A stretch of 51,836 nt of DNA. Source: Chromera velia. Its lineage: Eukaryota. Below, piece after piece: positions 33,425 through 44,590 of the stretch. The stretch spans positions 1-51,836 of the forward strand of contig JAHBMJ010000273.1 in assembly GCA_018398765.1 (NCBI GenBank), written 5' to 3'. The notes beneath the pieces were generated by a model, which was not told the DNA's origin, made no database searches, and worked only from the letters and a program-made list of their open reading frames with translations. The position numbers were made by a program, and so were the translations under genes. How positions within the stretch are numbered: the stretch's first letter is position 1; each line of letters starts with the position of its first letter.

Positions 33425-35545
33425 ATGGAGTCCACAAAAGGAAGAGGCGGTCAGATCGACCTGATCGACCTGACTGTCAAGGCTTTGCAGTACGGCCTGG
33501 AGGCGGGGGACATCATCAGAAAGATCCATTCCTCAGGAAATCTGGAGGTTGTGCACAAGGGCTCGGGGGTGGACGAATTCTCGGGCAAGAAAGTAGCGGA
33601 TCTACAGACAGAGGCAGACAGGTGAGTTTGAATGCCGAGGTGTCTATTTGTATGCTTGTTTGCTCACAGCGAGTGTTGATGATGGAGACGCGACATTTGT
33701 CCGAGAGTGCAGCAGTTTTCACGTCTGCGCAGCGAGCGTGCGCGCAAAGCATCTGCTTGGTTGAACTCACGTCCTTTGCCCCCACATGCCACCTGGAGCT
33801 GCTGCAGGTGACACTTGTACGTCCATTCCTCCCATGCAGGGCGCATGCATGCCCTTTGTAGCTTTCCTTCTCTCGTCTGCATGCGCACGCATCCGTCCCT
33901 CCCCCCCCGTGAATGTGAATCATCTGTTGCTCTCCTATTTTTCATTCATTCATTCATTCATTCATTCATTCATTCATTCATTCATTCATTCATTCATTCA
34001 TTCATTCATTCATTCATTCATTCATTCTGTGTGTGCAGGCAAGCGGAAAGGCATATCATTTTTCATCTTCTCTCGGACTTCCCGTCTCTCCGGGTGGTCG
34101 GGGAAGAAAGTTTCGAGACGGGAGACGGCAGCGGAATGTGCTCACAAGTAGAGCCCCCGACAGTGGAGCCTTCTGAGAGAAAACCCGTCTCTCCTGAGTC
34201 CCTTCCCCAATCCTTCAAAGAGAAGATCTCTTCATTGAAATTCCTCTCCCCCGCTGCCAACAGACTGTCCTGCTGGGTCGATCCTTTGGACGGTACTGCC
34301 GAATTTGCAGCAGGCAACCTCAGAAGCGTCACAACGTCAGTCAGTCAGTCAGTCAGTCAATGAGACGGTCACTCGGTCACTCGGTTTCTCGTCTGCCCTC
34401 TTCTCTACTCTACTCTTCTCTTCTCTGTCTCATTTTCATCTTTGTCGTCTCCTCCATCCGTCTCCGTGCTGCGTCTGCCTACCTGCTTTAAGTCTGTTTC
34501 ACCGAGCAGCACAAGGTCATACTTGCGCACCCATTCTCGTGAAACTGCCTTCCGGTCTCATGTGTGCGTGTGTCCATGCGTTGGTGGACCTGCAGGCTAA
34601 TCGGGATTGCACTGGACGGCGTGCCTGTAGCAGGGGTGATCTGCAAACCGTTCTACGACGCCCCTGACTCTGACGCGCAACCCGAACAACCTGCCCTTCC
34701 CGACCTTCCAGAAAACTTTCAGGTCCTCTGGGCGCTTGTGGGGGTTGGGGCGTACGCGTGGTCAGGAAAGATGGAGGAGCCCCATTTTCCCATCAGCATG
34801 TCCAAACAAAGTGGAGCGAAGAGGTGTGGGGTGGGTGCCGAGACACGGCCAGAGGGGGGGGGCCTGAGAGCAGTGTCGACGACTCGAACGAGATCCCACC
34901 CCATAATTGACGGTGCTGTGGGGCGGCTGAAACCGGCCAGACTCATTCGGAGAGGGGGGGCGGGGAATAAATTTTGGGAACTGGCAATAGGAGAGTCCGA
35001 CGCTTATATTTTTCCGAGGATGGGCACGAAGAAGTGGGACACGTGCGCAGGTGTGTGACTGAGTGGCTTCTCCGACCTCCATATTCAGTCGGATTGAGGG
35101 GATCTTTGTGCTATTGACTTCCCTGCCTTCCTCATCATACGCAGAACAGCCTAAGCTGAAAGCGGAAATGCAAAGAAGCAGATTGATGACACGGAAAGAT
35201 AAAAATGCGGAATGATTCTCGACTATCTTGCAGGAGAGGCTGTGCTGAAGTCCATTGGAGGCTGGCTCACTGACGCCATTGGACGGCCTTTCAGGTTCGG
35301 CGACAGAGGTTGCTTAACGGAGTGTTACGAGGTTTTAGTGATTGTTTGGTTGATTTGCTGACTGCCTCTCATTGAGTGTTCCTGTCAAAAACCTTCGAAT
35401 CAAGAGGTAAAATGGTTTTTGTATCTGTGTGGATGCATGCCTTGGGGGTCTGCTGACATTTTGAATGAATTAATGAATCAATGGCTCACTGATGGACTGT
35501 CTGTCTGTCTATCTATCTATCTATCTGTCTGTCTGTCTGTCTGTC

Positions 35546-35576
<31 letters not shown>

Positions 35577-35820
35577 TGTCTGTTGCTTGATCTATCTATC
35601 TGTCTGACTGACTGACCCCCACACCTTTCATTCACCATGAACCGACTTATGTGTGCATGCATATGTACCTATGCACGTCCCCCTGGATGCATGCCCCCCC
35701 CGAATTCAGATACCTCCCCGACGACCCCTCGACGTTCCCTAACGAGACGGGAATTGTCGCCTCGTGCTCCCCTGACGGTTTCTCCTTCCATGAGAAGGTT
35801 CTCATGCCCGCAGTTATGGG
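33425..35820 (+). CDS. BPNT1: 3'(2'),5'-bisphosphate nucleotidase (inositol monophosphatase family), probably the N-terminal half of a fusion gene
   Basis: Exons 33425-33621, 34039-34335, 34596-35050, 35234-35294 and 35710-35820 give DLQTEADR, VVGEE, WVDPLDGTAEF, VTTLIGIA..GVPVAGVI..PFY, RRGGAGNK, DAYIFPRMGTKKWDTCAGEAVL..IGG.LTD..G and N.TGIVAS. Confidence 0.93.
33943..34026. repeat. (TTCA)n microsatellite in BPNT1 intron 1
   Basis: Direct reading; the same motif occurs at ~556-630. Confidence 0.95.
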
Positions 35821-36405
35821 GTCAGTCTGAGTATAGTATCTGCCTCCTTTTCTCTGTGTCTGTTTGAGTGTCTCTCGATTTGTTTGTTTGCTCGTTTGTG
35901 CGTCACTATATCGGTGTGTCCGTCTGCCTGCCTGTCAGTCAGTCAGATAGTGGAAATACGAAGAGCGCATGCTGTCTGTCTGTTCAATGTATTTCTGTGT
36001 ACAAGATGTACCATGATGCGTGCGAGTGTCACCGCCATTTGCATCTCTTTCATGTGGCCACAAGCTCTAATTCGCTTGCGTTGTTTTTGCTTTTGGCTCT
36101 CCCAAATATGGGCAGGGCAGACGCTGGATGAACAGTGTCACTGGTAGACAGACACAAACACAGGCACCGGAAAAAAAAGCAGGTAACTATAGACAAAATC
36201 AGGAAGGATCGCGGTGGAGAGGCCTTTCACTGAAAGGGCAAAAAGAGGTGAAGGGAAACTAGAGACAGCAGGTATTACTCAGGATGCATAAAGTTCGGCA
36301 GAAAACACGAGAACCGACAGATTCTATACGGCACTTTACTCCCCTCTGCTCGCCTGTGTACGCTCTTCTCTTCTTCTTGCTTCCTTCCTTCTCTCTTTCG
36401 ATCAG

Positions 36406-36821
36406 GTCTGTGAGGGAAATCATCAAAGAAGACCCACAGTCCTCCGTCGCTGCCTGGCCACTGCCCCCCCCCCAGGTGTTTGCGTTCTCAGAGACAAACA
36501 CAGACCCGCAGACAGGCTTAGGAGAAGATGCCAGAGACATCGCGAGGCTGGTGGACGGCACTGTGATCGGGCCTGGATGGGTCGAGCAGAGGTTGGATCT
36601 GTCTCCGGGTTCCGTCCAGGCAGTGGACGCGCCTGAGAAAGGAGCAGTCAGATACAGACTCAGCGAGGCTGTGCGTCTGGAATTGGAACTTTCGGACGGG
36701 GCTGCAGCGGTCAGTGAGCGCTGCAGGAAGGAAACGAGAGAGGACGGGTGGCGAGACGTTTCAAACCGGCCAAATCGCACAGTTCTCTCTCTCTCTCTCT
36801 CTCCCCCCCCTCTCCCTCTCC

Positions 36822-36852
<31 letters not shown>

Positions 36853-38564
36853 AGTGTGAGTGTGTGTATATTAATATGTATGTGTGTAATAGTCTGTCTG
36901 CCCGTCTGTTGGCCCGTCTGACTATCTGGCCTGAGTCCCTGCCTTCCTGCCTAGCCTGCAGTGTGTCCGTCTGCATGTGCATGTGCCCTCCCGCCCGCAT
37001 GGAGAGAAATGAGGGAAAAGAAATGCATTGACGGACGGAACTTCTCGCAGGCAGGTGCACCGAAGTCTCTGTACTACAAGCGCATCGTGCCTCGTGACCT
37101 TCCTGACGTGCGGAGTCGCACAGGATCACGTTTGGACGAAACCGTTCGATCCGTCCTTGTGGAGGCTTCCTTCTACGGAGGGCCGGGAAGGGGGGCTCTG
37201 TCTTCGTCCTCTGCTGACAATGCAGAGAACGGGGGGCAATCAGAGAGCATTGCGAAAGCGATGATGAGGGTCGCAGGGGTGGGTAAGTGGGCGGTATCTG
37301 CTTGACTTGAGTTCCTCTCAGGCCGATCCTTCTCGCTTTTCGTCTTTTCACTTGTGTATTTTACACATCCCAGTCGCTCTCACATTGAGGCTGAGAATGT
37401 TTCTCCCGTTTGCAGTTTTTACTATGGCCTTTGTTGAATTGGTATTGTCACGTCGCTTTGCCTTCTTTTTTGGGGGGGCTTGTCTCGTCTGTCTGTTTTC
37501 TTTGTTGTTTGTGTTCAGGTGGGGGTCCCTGATGTCCTCTTTGCCCATACAGAATTTGTGGAGCACTTTCCGGTTGACTCTAGATACGCTCTTTTGATGG
37601 AGGACCTCGCGCCGTCTGTCGGATTCAGGCAACAGCACTATTTCTCTCCTGACTTTGTCAATGGAGGGGGGAGACTCGATGAGGTTGGTCTGCTGCCTTC
37701 CCTTCCGATAGTTCGTTCGGGAGAGAGCAACTGAGAAAAGGAGAAGGCAGGCAGTCAAGTGATCAAGTAGTCTGAACGTCAGAGGGGTCCGCAGATTTTC
37801 CTTATGTATTGGTGTGTGATGCTGTTTTGTAGCCTACCCAAGCAGCGGGGCAATGGAGGAGCGAAAGCAGCGCGGCGTTTTGCTTCAACTGGAAGAGCGA
37901 AAGAATACGGGGCATTTGCTTTTCATCTTTTTACTCTTCTCCTCCTTCTTGTGTATCTACCGTTCTTCCGCCCCTACCTCTCTTCGTTGATGGTTCGTTT
38001 TGTCATTTTGTTGTTGTTCCCTTCAGGTTGTCGACTGTCTTGCTCGTTTCCACGCTTTCTTTTGGAAAGGTGGGGGTCCTTTCGAGGCCTGCAAGACCGT
38101 CGAAGAGACGCGAAGTACAGTGGGTGCACAGAACGGCCGGGCCCTCGTCTGGCCTCTGGGTACATTTTGGGCCATGCGGCCTGGGGGAGATCCGAAGGAC
38201 GTCCGTGTAGCCATAGAGAAATACAGGGAAGCCTGGCCCCAGCTGGCGGAGTCCGTGGAGGGGCTGTCGGAATTGCCTGAGAAGATTGAGGCAGTGAGGA
38301 CTGACTTGGGGAAGAAATTCGCAGATATTCACGAGGAGGCCAATACGGTCGGTCGACTTGACGAGCGACAGATACACACAGAGAGAGAATCAGATAGATG
38401 GTCGGCCCATTCCGGACAAACATGCACAGGGAGGGGGGGCGGGGGAGTGCGTGATGTACCGACACATCGGCCTGTTGTAAAGATCCAGAATGAATTGAGT
38501 TGAATCCATGGAAAGAGGATTTGAGCTGTGCTTTCCGTGCAGCGTTGTAGGTGCGACAATATTT

Positions 38565-38603
<39 letters not shown>

Positions 38604-39131
38604 ATTGTGCACGGAGACTTCAAAGCGGCTAACGTGTTGCTCTTTTCTGGCGACCCGGCAGCCCGCACGGGCATTGGCAATGGGCAGAAGGGGGGGACGA
38701 CGATAAAGGCTGGAGGAGCGCACCTGGTGGATTTTCAGTGGACAGGCCGGGGGAGGCCGTCTCTCGATCTGGTGTACTTTCTTCTCTCGTCCATCAGTCC
38801 TGCGTGGCTTTGCAGAGGAGACGGCTCTGAAGCAGTAGACGAAGAGATCGTGGAGGCCTACCATGATCGGTTGGCCGAACATGTGGGACGACTGGGGGGA
38901 GGGAGGGATTTGAATGGCTTCTCAAAGGACCGGTGTGTGGATGAGTATCGGGTGGCTTTGGCAGAATTTGCCGTTCGGGGCGTTCTTTCGGGATCCTGGC
39001 TCCGTTTCGGTGTCGACTTTCAGGAACGGAGAGCCAAGCTTGGAGCGGCAGGGTACAATAAGAGTGAACAAATTGGGGCTTTCATGTTGAGAAGGCTTGG
39101 CCAAATTCTGAAGAAAGTACGTTTCGGCTGA
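36406..39131 (+). CDS. APH/choline-kinase-like (ecdysteroid-kinase-like) small-molecule kinase domain, apparently spliced in frame to BPNT1
   Basis: Exons 36406-36709, ~37051-37278, 37519-37683, ~38028-38347 and 38604-39131 give SLYYKR, VEASFY, LLMEDL, LARFHAFFW, IVHGDFKAANVL (Brenner motif), LVDFQWTGRGRPSLDLVYFL and IVEAYHDRL. No convincing ATG of its own. Confidence 0.85.
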
Positions 39132-39362
39132 TGAAAGTGCTTACGCTGCGGTTTTTCCTATCAACTAACAGTTGTGAGCGTTTTGTCCTAGTTACTACTG
39201 TTGGAGTCCGCTGTTCTTTCTGCAATACTTTCAAGCCTTCTTGTAAGGTATGCTTACAGCAGGATCGATTGAGATGTTTTTTATCTGGTTTGTTTTTTCA
39301 AAAGTTGGTTTGTTCAAGTGTGCAGTCTTAGTTACATCATACCACCTCAATTCATTCTGACA

Positions 39363-39428
39363 TTAATTAATTAATTAATTAATTAATTAATGTATTACTT
39401 AATTCATCATCATCATCATCATCATCAT
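39363..39428. repeat. (TTAA)n followed by (CAT)n microsatellites at the edge of an AT-rich intergenic island
   Basis: Direct reading. Confidence 0.9.
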
Positions 39429-40539
39429 ACGCCATCGCTATCGGCCCATAATAGGCGTCTAGCGTTCGGCAAGTCACAACACGCAAGGCAGATTATTAAA
39501 TGATGGACCCTTATTTCGTAACCTTTAGCAAATAACTATATAAAACAAACTATACAATAATGATAACATTTTTAATAGTAGAGATAAAAACTTATTCCGG
39601 ACTTTTTTGCCCGAGCATCTAGGTGTGATCTGTAAAGTTTTAAAGTGAAATAAACTTAATAAAGTTTAAAGTCTGATTTCAGACCCTTGATTATGAAATA
39701 AAACTTTTGAAATTCATTTTAAAAGTTTGTGGGTATACTAGTAGATTTTTTAAGGTTTTGAAAAGTGAAAGAAAGTGAAAAAAAACATATTGAAGGTAAA
39801 ACTTCTAAGTTACTTCTCAGTTCTAAAGTTATATTAAAAGTCAAAAAAGTTTTAAAGCTTGAAGTTCGGGGTTGGGCTTTATTATAAAAAAAACTGTACA
39901 GATCACTTCTATTCGAGCATTCAAAGCTTAGAACGGTTGACGTAATCATTATTAAGCCTTAACAGTCATGTATAAACATCTAAAACTAGTTCTTAACTAG
40001 ATTTTTAAAGATATGCATAAAATATATGTGGTAAATCACTTGTATAATCATGCCATAATACAGAAATTCTCTCTAAATTTATATCATCCCAACTTTTAAA
40101 ACTGCTAGTAAAACTCACTGGCATAAACCTAATTAGCCGCTGAGCTAGCCGCTGAGTTTATAACTAGGTTCCCACTCAAAAAGTTGACAAAAACGAAAAA
40201 AGGTTTGTGATTGAGCTATACTTCAAAGCTACTAGTTTAGCTTAGTTACGTCCAGTTATAAAAGGTCTGTTCTGATCTTTGCATGTTGTGCTGCCAGCTA
40301 AATCCTAAACTTGAATCCAACGTTCCCTCTTTTTTTCTTCATTTATATGTCATTTAAAGCTTACTATCAAACCTATGGTAGTCAATGGTGGTCTGTAAAC
40401 TTTGACACGTTATTTTGCATATTTTTATTAGATCTAGAACTTTGAATCAACTTTATTCAAACAGTTGGAACTTGGAACTCTATTTACTATCACCTCTTGG
40501 GGAGGTCGGCCCGGCTGTCATGCCGGCTGCTTTTTCAAA

Positions 40540-41424
40540 TTACTGACTGACTTGTCCACTTAACTTGTCAATCTCCGGAAACCGCTGCACACCTTGCACT
40601 TCCTCTAATCGCGCGGCCGCGGTCACTGCCTGCGCGAGCGCCTCGACAGTAACAGGTCGGTCGACAAAGGGTACACCGAGGGCATTTCCCACATAGAAAG
40701 GGCCAACCGACAGAAGAGCCTGCGGTCGTGAAGGAGTCCACACAAGGGAAGGACGAAAGATCACGCACCGTGGTAACGGACTTTTTATTCCACCACCCCC
40801 CATCGCTCTTTTTCTGTTCATTGCTTCCATTTCGAATTCAACTGCGCGTTTTGCCTTTAAATATTTGACCAGAAAGGGGGGCGCAATGGACTCAATCTGG
40901 GGTCCGAGAGGGACATCAGGCCATCCTGCCTCCGCTGCAGAGATGAACAGGAAGGGGAACCCTGGCAAGGGCGATCCCTCTTCTTTTCTGTTGGCAATGT
41001 GAATATGAAACTTCTCCAAAGCTCCAAGGGCTGTCTGCCTGGTGACACGGTCATATGTCGAGGAGGCAGATGGTACTGATCCACTGCCAGATGCCAATTT
41101 GTTCAGATCGACAAAACCGCTCTCAGAGTCAAGCAAGAGGCCAATAGCATGCACAACCGCATCAAACTGATCACCCCTGAAGAGATCTTCCAGATCTTTT
41201 GGGGAAGCAGCATCTCCTGCTTTCCATGTGATGGATCCGGGGTGACGCTCGTCTGCCCTCGCTGCCGTTGTCTCCTCTTTTGGTCGGCCCCTCCTACTGA
41301 ATGCGACGACATCCATTCCAGCAGCTGCCGCCTCATCGCAAACTTTACCACCAACCTGCAACGTTCCACACACACACACATACACACATACACACACACA
41401 CACACACACATACACACACACACA

Positions 41425-41483
<59 letters not shown>

Positions 41484-41502
41484 ACACACACACACACACA
41501 TA

Positions 41503-41543
<41 letters not shown>

Positions 41544-41562
41544 ACACACACACACACACATA

Positions 41563-41603
<41 letters not shown>

Positions 41604-41622
41604 ACACACACACACACACATA

Positions 41623-41693
<71 letters not shown>

Positions 41694-41714
41694 ACATACA
41701 CACATACACACATA

Positions 41715-41746
<32 letters not shown>

Positions 41747-41803
41747 TACATACATACATACATACATACGTACGTTCATACATACATACATACGTACATA
41801 CAT

Positions 41804-41834
<31 letters not shown>

Positions 41835-41905
41835 TGCACACACATTGTCACACACACACACACACACACACATACATACACACACACACACATGCACACA
41901 CATTG

Positions 41906-41938
<33 letters not shown>

Positions 41939-42652
41939 CATACATACAATACATGTGTATACATGTACATGCACTCACACATGTGTATATATACATGCCA
42001 ACGACCAGAAAGGCCCCAAGCGAGACCGAGAATTTTGCATTGAGGTTTTGAAGCACAGCGACAAAAAAGCACCAAAGCGGTTCACTTTGAATGTCTCGAT
42101 TTGGAAGCTACAGCTCTGAGTCACGACACTAGGACACCCCACAAATTCACAAAGTTACTGTAACACCAGCTGCTGTCCGAGCGGCTGACCAAAAAGATGT
42201 GATCACAGAGGATAAAAGATTCAGCGGGGGAGGGCAGCCTTGCCCAACGCTGAAAGAAAGCAGTCCCGAAAGAAAGAAAGGAAGAAAAAGGAAACACCGA
42301 CCGGACCTTAGGTTCCGCAGGAGGAGAGATGAATAGAAAACCCATCATGGATTGAAGTGACCGTCAAGAAGGGAGAAAGGGGTTTGAATGGAGGAAGAAA
42401 GCAAGCTTTTAGCAGTACATATATACACAGCACATCAGAACCAGAAAACTAAATTAGAGAGCAGGCCACGTGCATGCATGAACTGACGAATCCGGTTCCC
42501 CCCAAAACGAGAATGCGGGCTTTGCGGTTTGCGTCCGGACCCACACCAACAGAGAATGCCTCTGCGGCCGTAAAAAGTAGAAGCAGAAGAATGCCCCCAG
42601 AGCCCCAGGAACTTCTACAAGGGAGCAGACGGCCTCTCTCCTTGCATCCCAT
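40540..42652 (-). CDS. Atypical SDR / NAD(P)-binding Rossmann protein (COQ11 / At1g32220-like) with signal peptide + Phe leader; exons 42652-42488 and 41355-40540
   Basis: ILVLGGTGF|VGGKVCDEA...VVAFSRRG, WKAGDA, AVVHAIGLL, TYDRV, FLFISA, YLKAKRAVE, IFRPSLV and PVTVEALAQAV. Leader GILLLLLFTAAEA-FSVG. Confidence 0.88.
41367..41990. repeat. About 620-bp (CA)n/(CATA)n compound microsatellite with a 60-bp higher-order period
   Basis: Lines 41461-41640 are three identical 60-mers. Confidence 0.95.
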
Positions 42653-42836
42653 GGCGGCTTTTCGTCTCAGTCTCCGTCGTTGGTAGTCTTTGATGACTCC
42701 GCAAAAGTGGAGGACGTGAAAGTTGAAACTCAATGCAATGAAACCAAGGGCCCTGTGGTGCTTGAGTCGCTGCCAATGCCGGCGAGGCTCCAGCAGTTCC
42801 GGCCTGTCAGCAGACTGGACGAGGTCGATCTGGACC

Positions 42837-42926
42837 TGCATGCATGAGCGCATACAGTCGACGATCCGTCTACGCGATGCCGTCTCCATGCACCGTCTCC
42901 TTGCACAATGCGTGGCATGGAGACGG
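42837..42926. promoter_or_regulatory. TGCATGCA plus inverted CCGTCTCCATG / CATGGAGACGG motifs in a divergent promoter region
   Basis: TGCATGCA at 42837, CCGTCTCCATG at 42880, CCGTCTCC at 42893 and CATGGAGACGG at 42916, between ATGs 42652(-) and 43174(+). Confidence 0.55.
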
Positions 42927-43173
42927 TGAAGAAAGCACGTACAAAAATCGGTTAATTCTTTTCGTTGGATCGATGAGGGATTCGACCTCCGACGATCGAC
43001 TGACTTCTGGCATCTGCTGTCAGACACGCACATAGGAAACTTGGAAGAATATCAACTGCATGCCTGTCAGGAAATCTTGGTGGGACCTGGCCGGCTAGAT
43101 CGCTTTCCCTCAAAGCTCTACTTTCGCTTGCGTAGAGACCGATTGGCAGATGTGACTGTGGCTCTTGGTTGCG

Positions 43174-44547
43174 ATGATCAGCAAGAAAGCAGATTACGAC
43201 GAGAGACTTGACTTTCGATCCCGTTTGTTCGATCCCCTCCTTGCACTGCAAAGCGAAGACGTCGTCCCTCCCGATCCTCTCGTGGCCCCTCTCGATGACA
43301 TAGGCAAACTCGCGTTCCTCCTCCCTTTCGAGGTCCAACCCAAACTTTGTAACACTGGAGCCGAACACAAAGCCTCAACAAGAAGGGCAGAGGACGACTA
43401 TAGACGAGAAGGTGATTAATTCATTCTGAATCATCGTTGAGCGTGCATGGGGCACGAGTGATAGTTGCTGTAATTGCTCTTAGTCTCTGCCGTCTCCTTT
43501 AGCCGTCTCCTTTTTCCGTCTCTTTATTATTCTAGAATCACATCACTCTTTTTCACCTTTTGCATCCCTGCACCAACCCACCTTACAAGCCGTTCGTTCC
43601 AGGACCATTTTGGTCCCTCTCTTGACCATTTACGCGCCTTCTTTCCCCCGCCTTCGGAACAGGCTGCGCGCGAACGGCATTTCTCTTTTCTGCACCTTTT
43701 CTTACTCGCCCCCAACTTTCTCGTTTGCCCACCCCATACGTGCGGTGCTAGACTCATCAATATTCGGGCACACGCTACAAATCCCTCTGTTGCTTTGGGC
43801 AGTCGTCCTTTTCTTTTCCTGCTGGATACCCCTTCTGCCGGAATGATTGCTTTGCGAGATTTGTCCACCCTTACTAGTTTTCTCTTCGTGCTCTCTCCTT
43901 CCTGCAGCTGAGAAAGCGAAGACACGAACATTACAGGACAGAGCACACAGGACTGCGAAGAAAATAGTCTCTAAATTTCAAGGTGAGACTCGTCACAAGG
44001 GTCCCTGTCGCTCTGCCTCCATTCCTGCCTGCCTGCGTGCGTTCCTGCCTGCCTGCCTGCCTTCCTTCCTGCCTGCCTGCCTGCCTGCCTGTCTGCATGT
44101 CTTGTTGCCTGTCTGCTTGCATGCCTTTCTGTCTATCTGTGTACACACCTATGTATGCATGGATGCATGCAAGGGTATCTGCGGGCGTGTACAGGTTCCA
44201 ACACTAAGGGGCCCTTTGCGTTTCTCAAACGCTGTGTGAGGGAGGGGCAAGCCGTGAGAGTTCGTGTGCGCACACAGGGAGCGTTCGTTTCCTTCGTCTA
44301 TGGGGTTCCGGTGCTCTTCGACTCGCACTGCAACTTAGTCAGTCAGTCAGTCAGTCATTCAATCAAATGATCGGATGGCCATTCGTCAAAGGAGGAATCA
44401 GTCAGCCAGTCATGAAGGCTCAGAGACAGAGCAATACCTTGAACAAGAGAGACAGGTAAATGGAATGCTGCTTTGGAACTTGCGCCTTTCCGACTAGAAA
44501 GGAGCAAGAGAGAGAGTATGTCACCGTCAGGAGGCAGACACACACAT

Positions 44548-44590
<43 letters not shown>

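Noticed and set aside
39430..39472. SECIS element
   Set aside because: GA/GA is present, but there is no AUGA core or apical AA, and I saw no in-frame TGA in the adjacent genes.
41103..42119. His/Thr- and Cys/Val-rich ORFs suggesting metal-binding proteins
   Set aside because: They are frames of the (CA)n intron array; the real exon starts at 41355.
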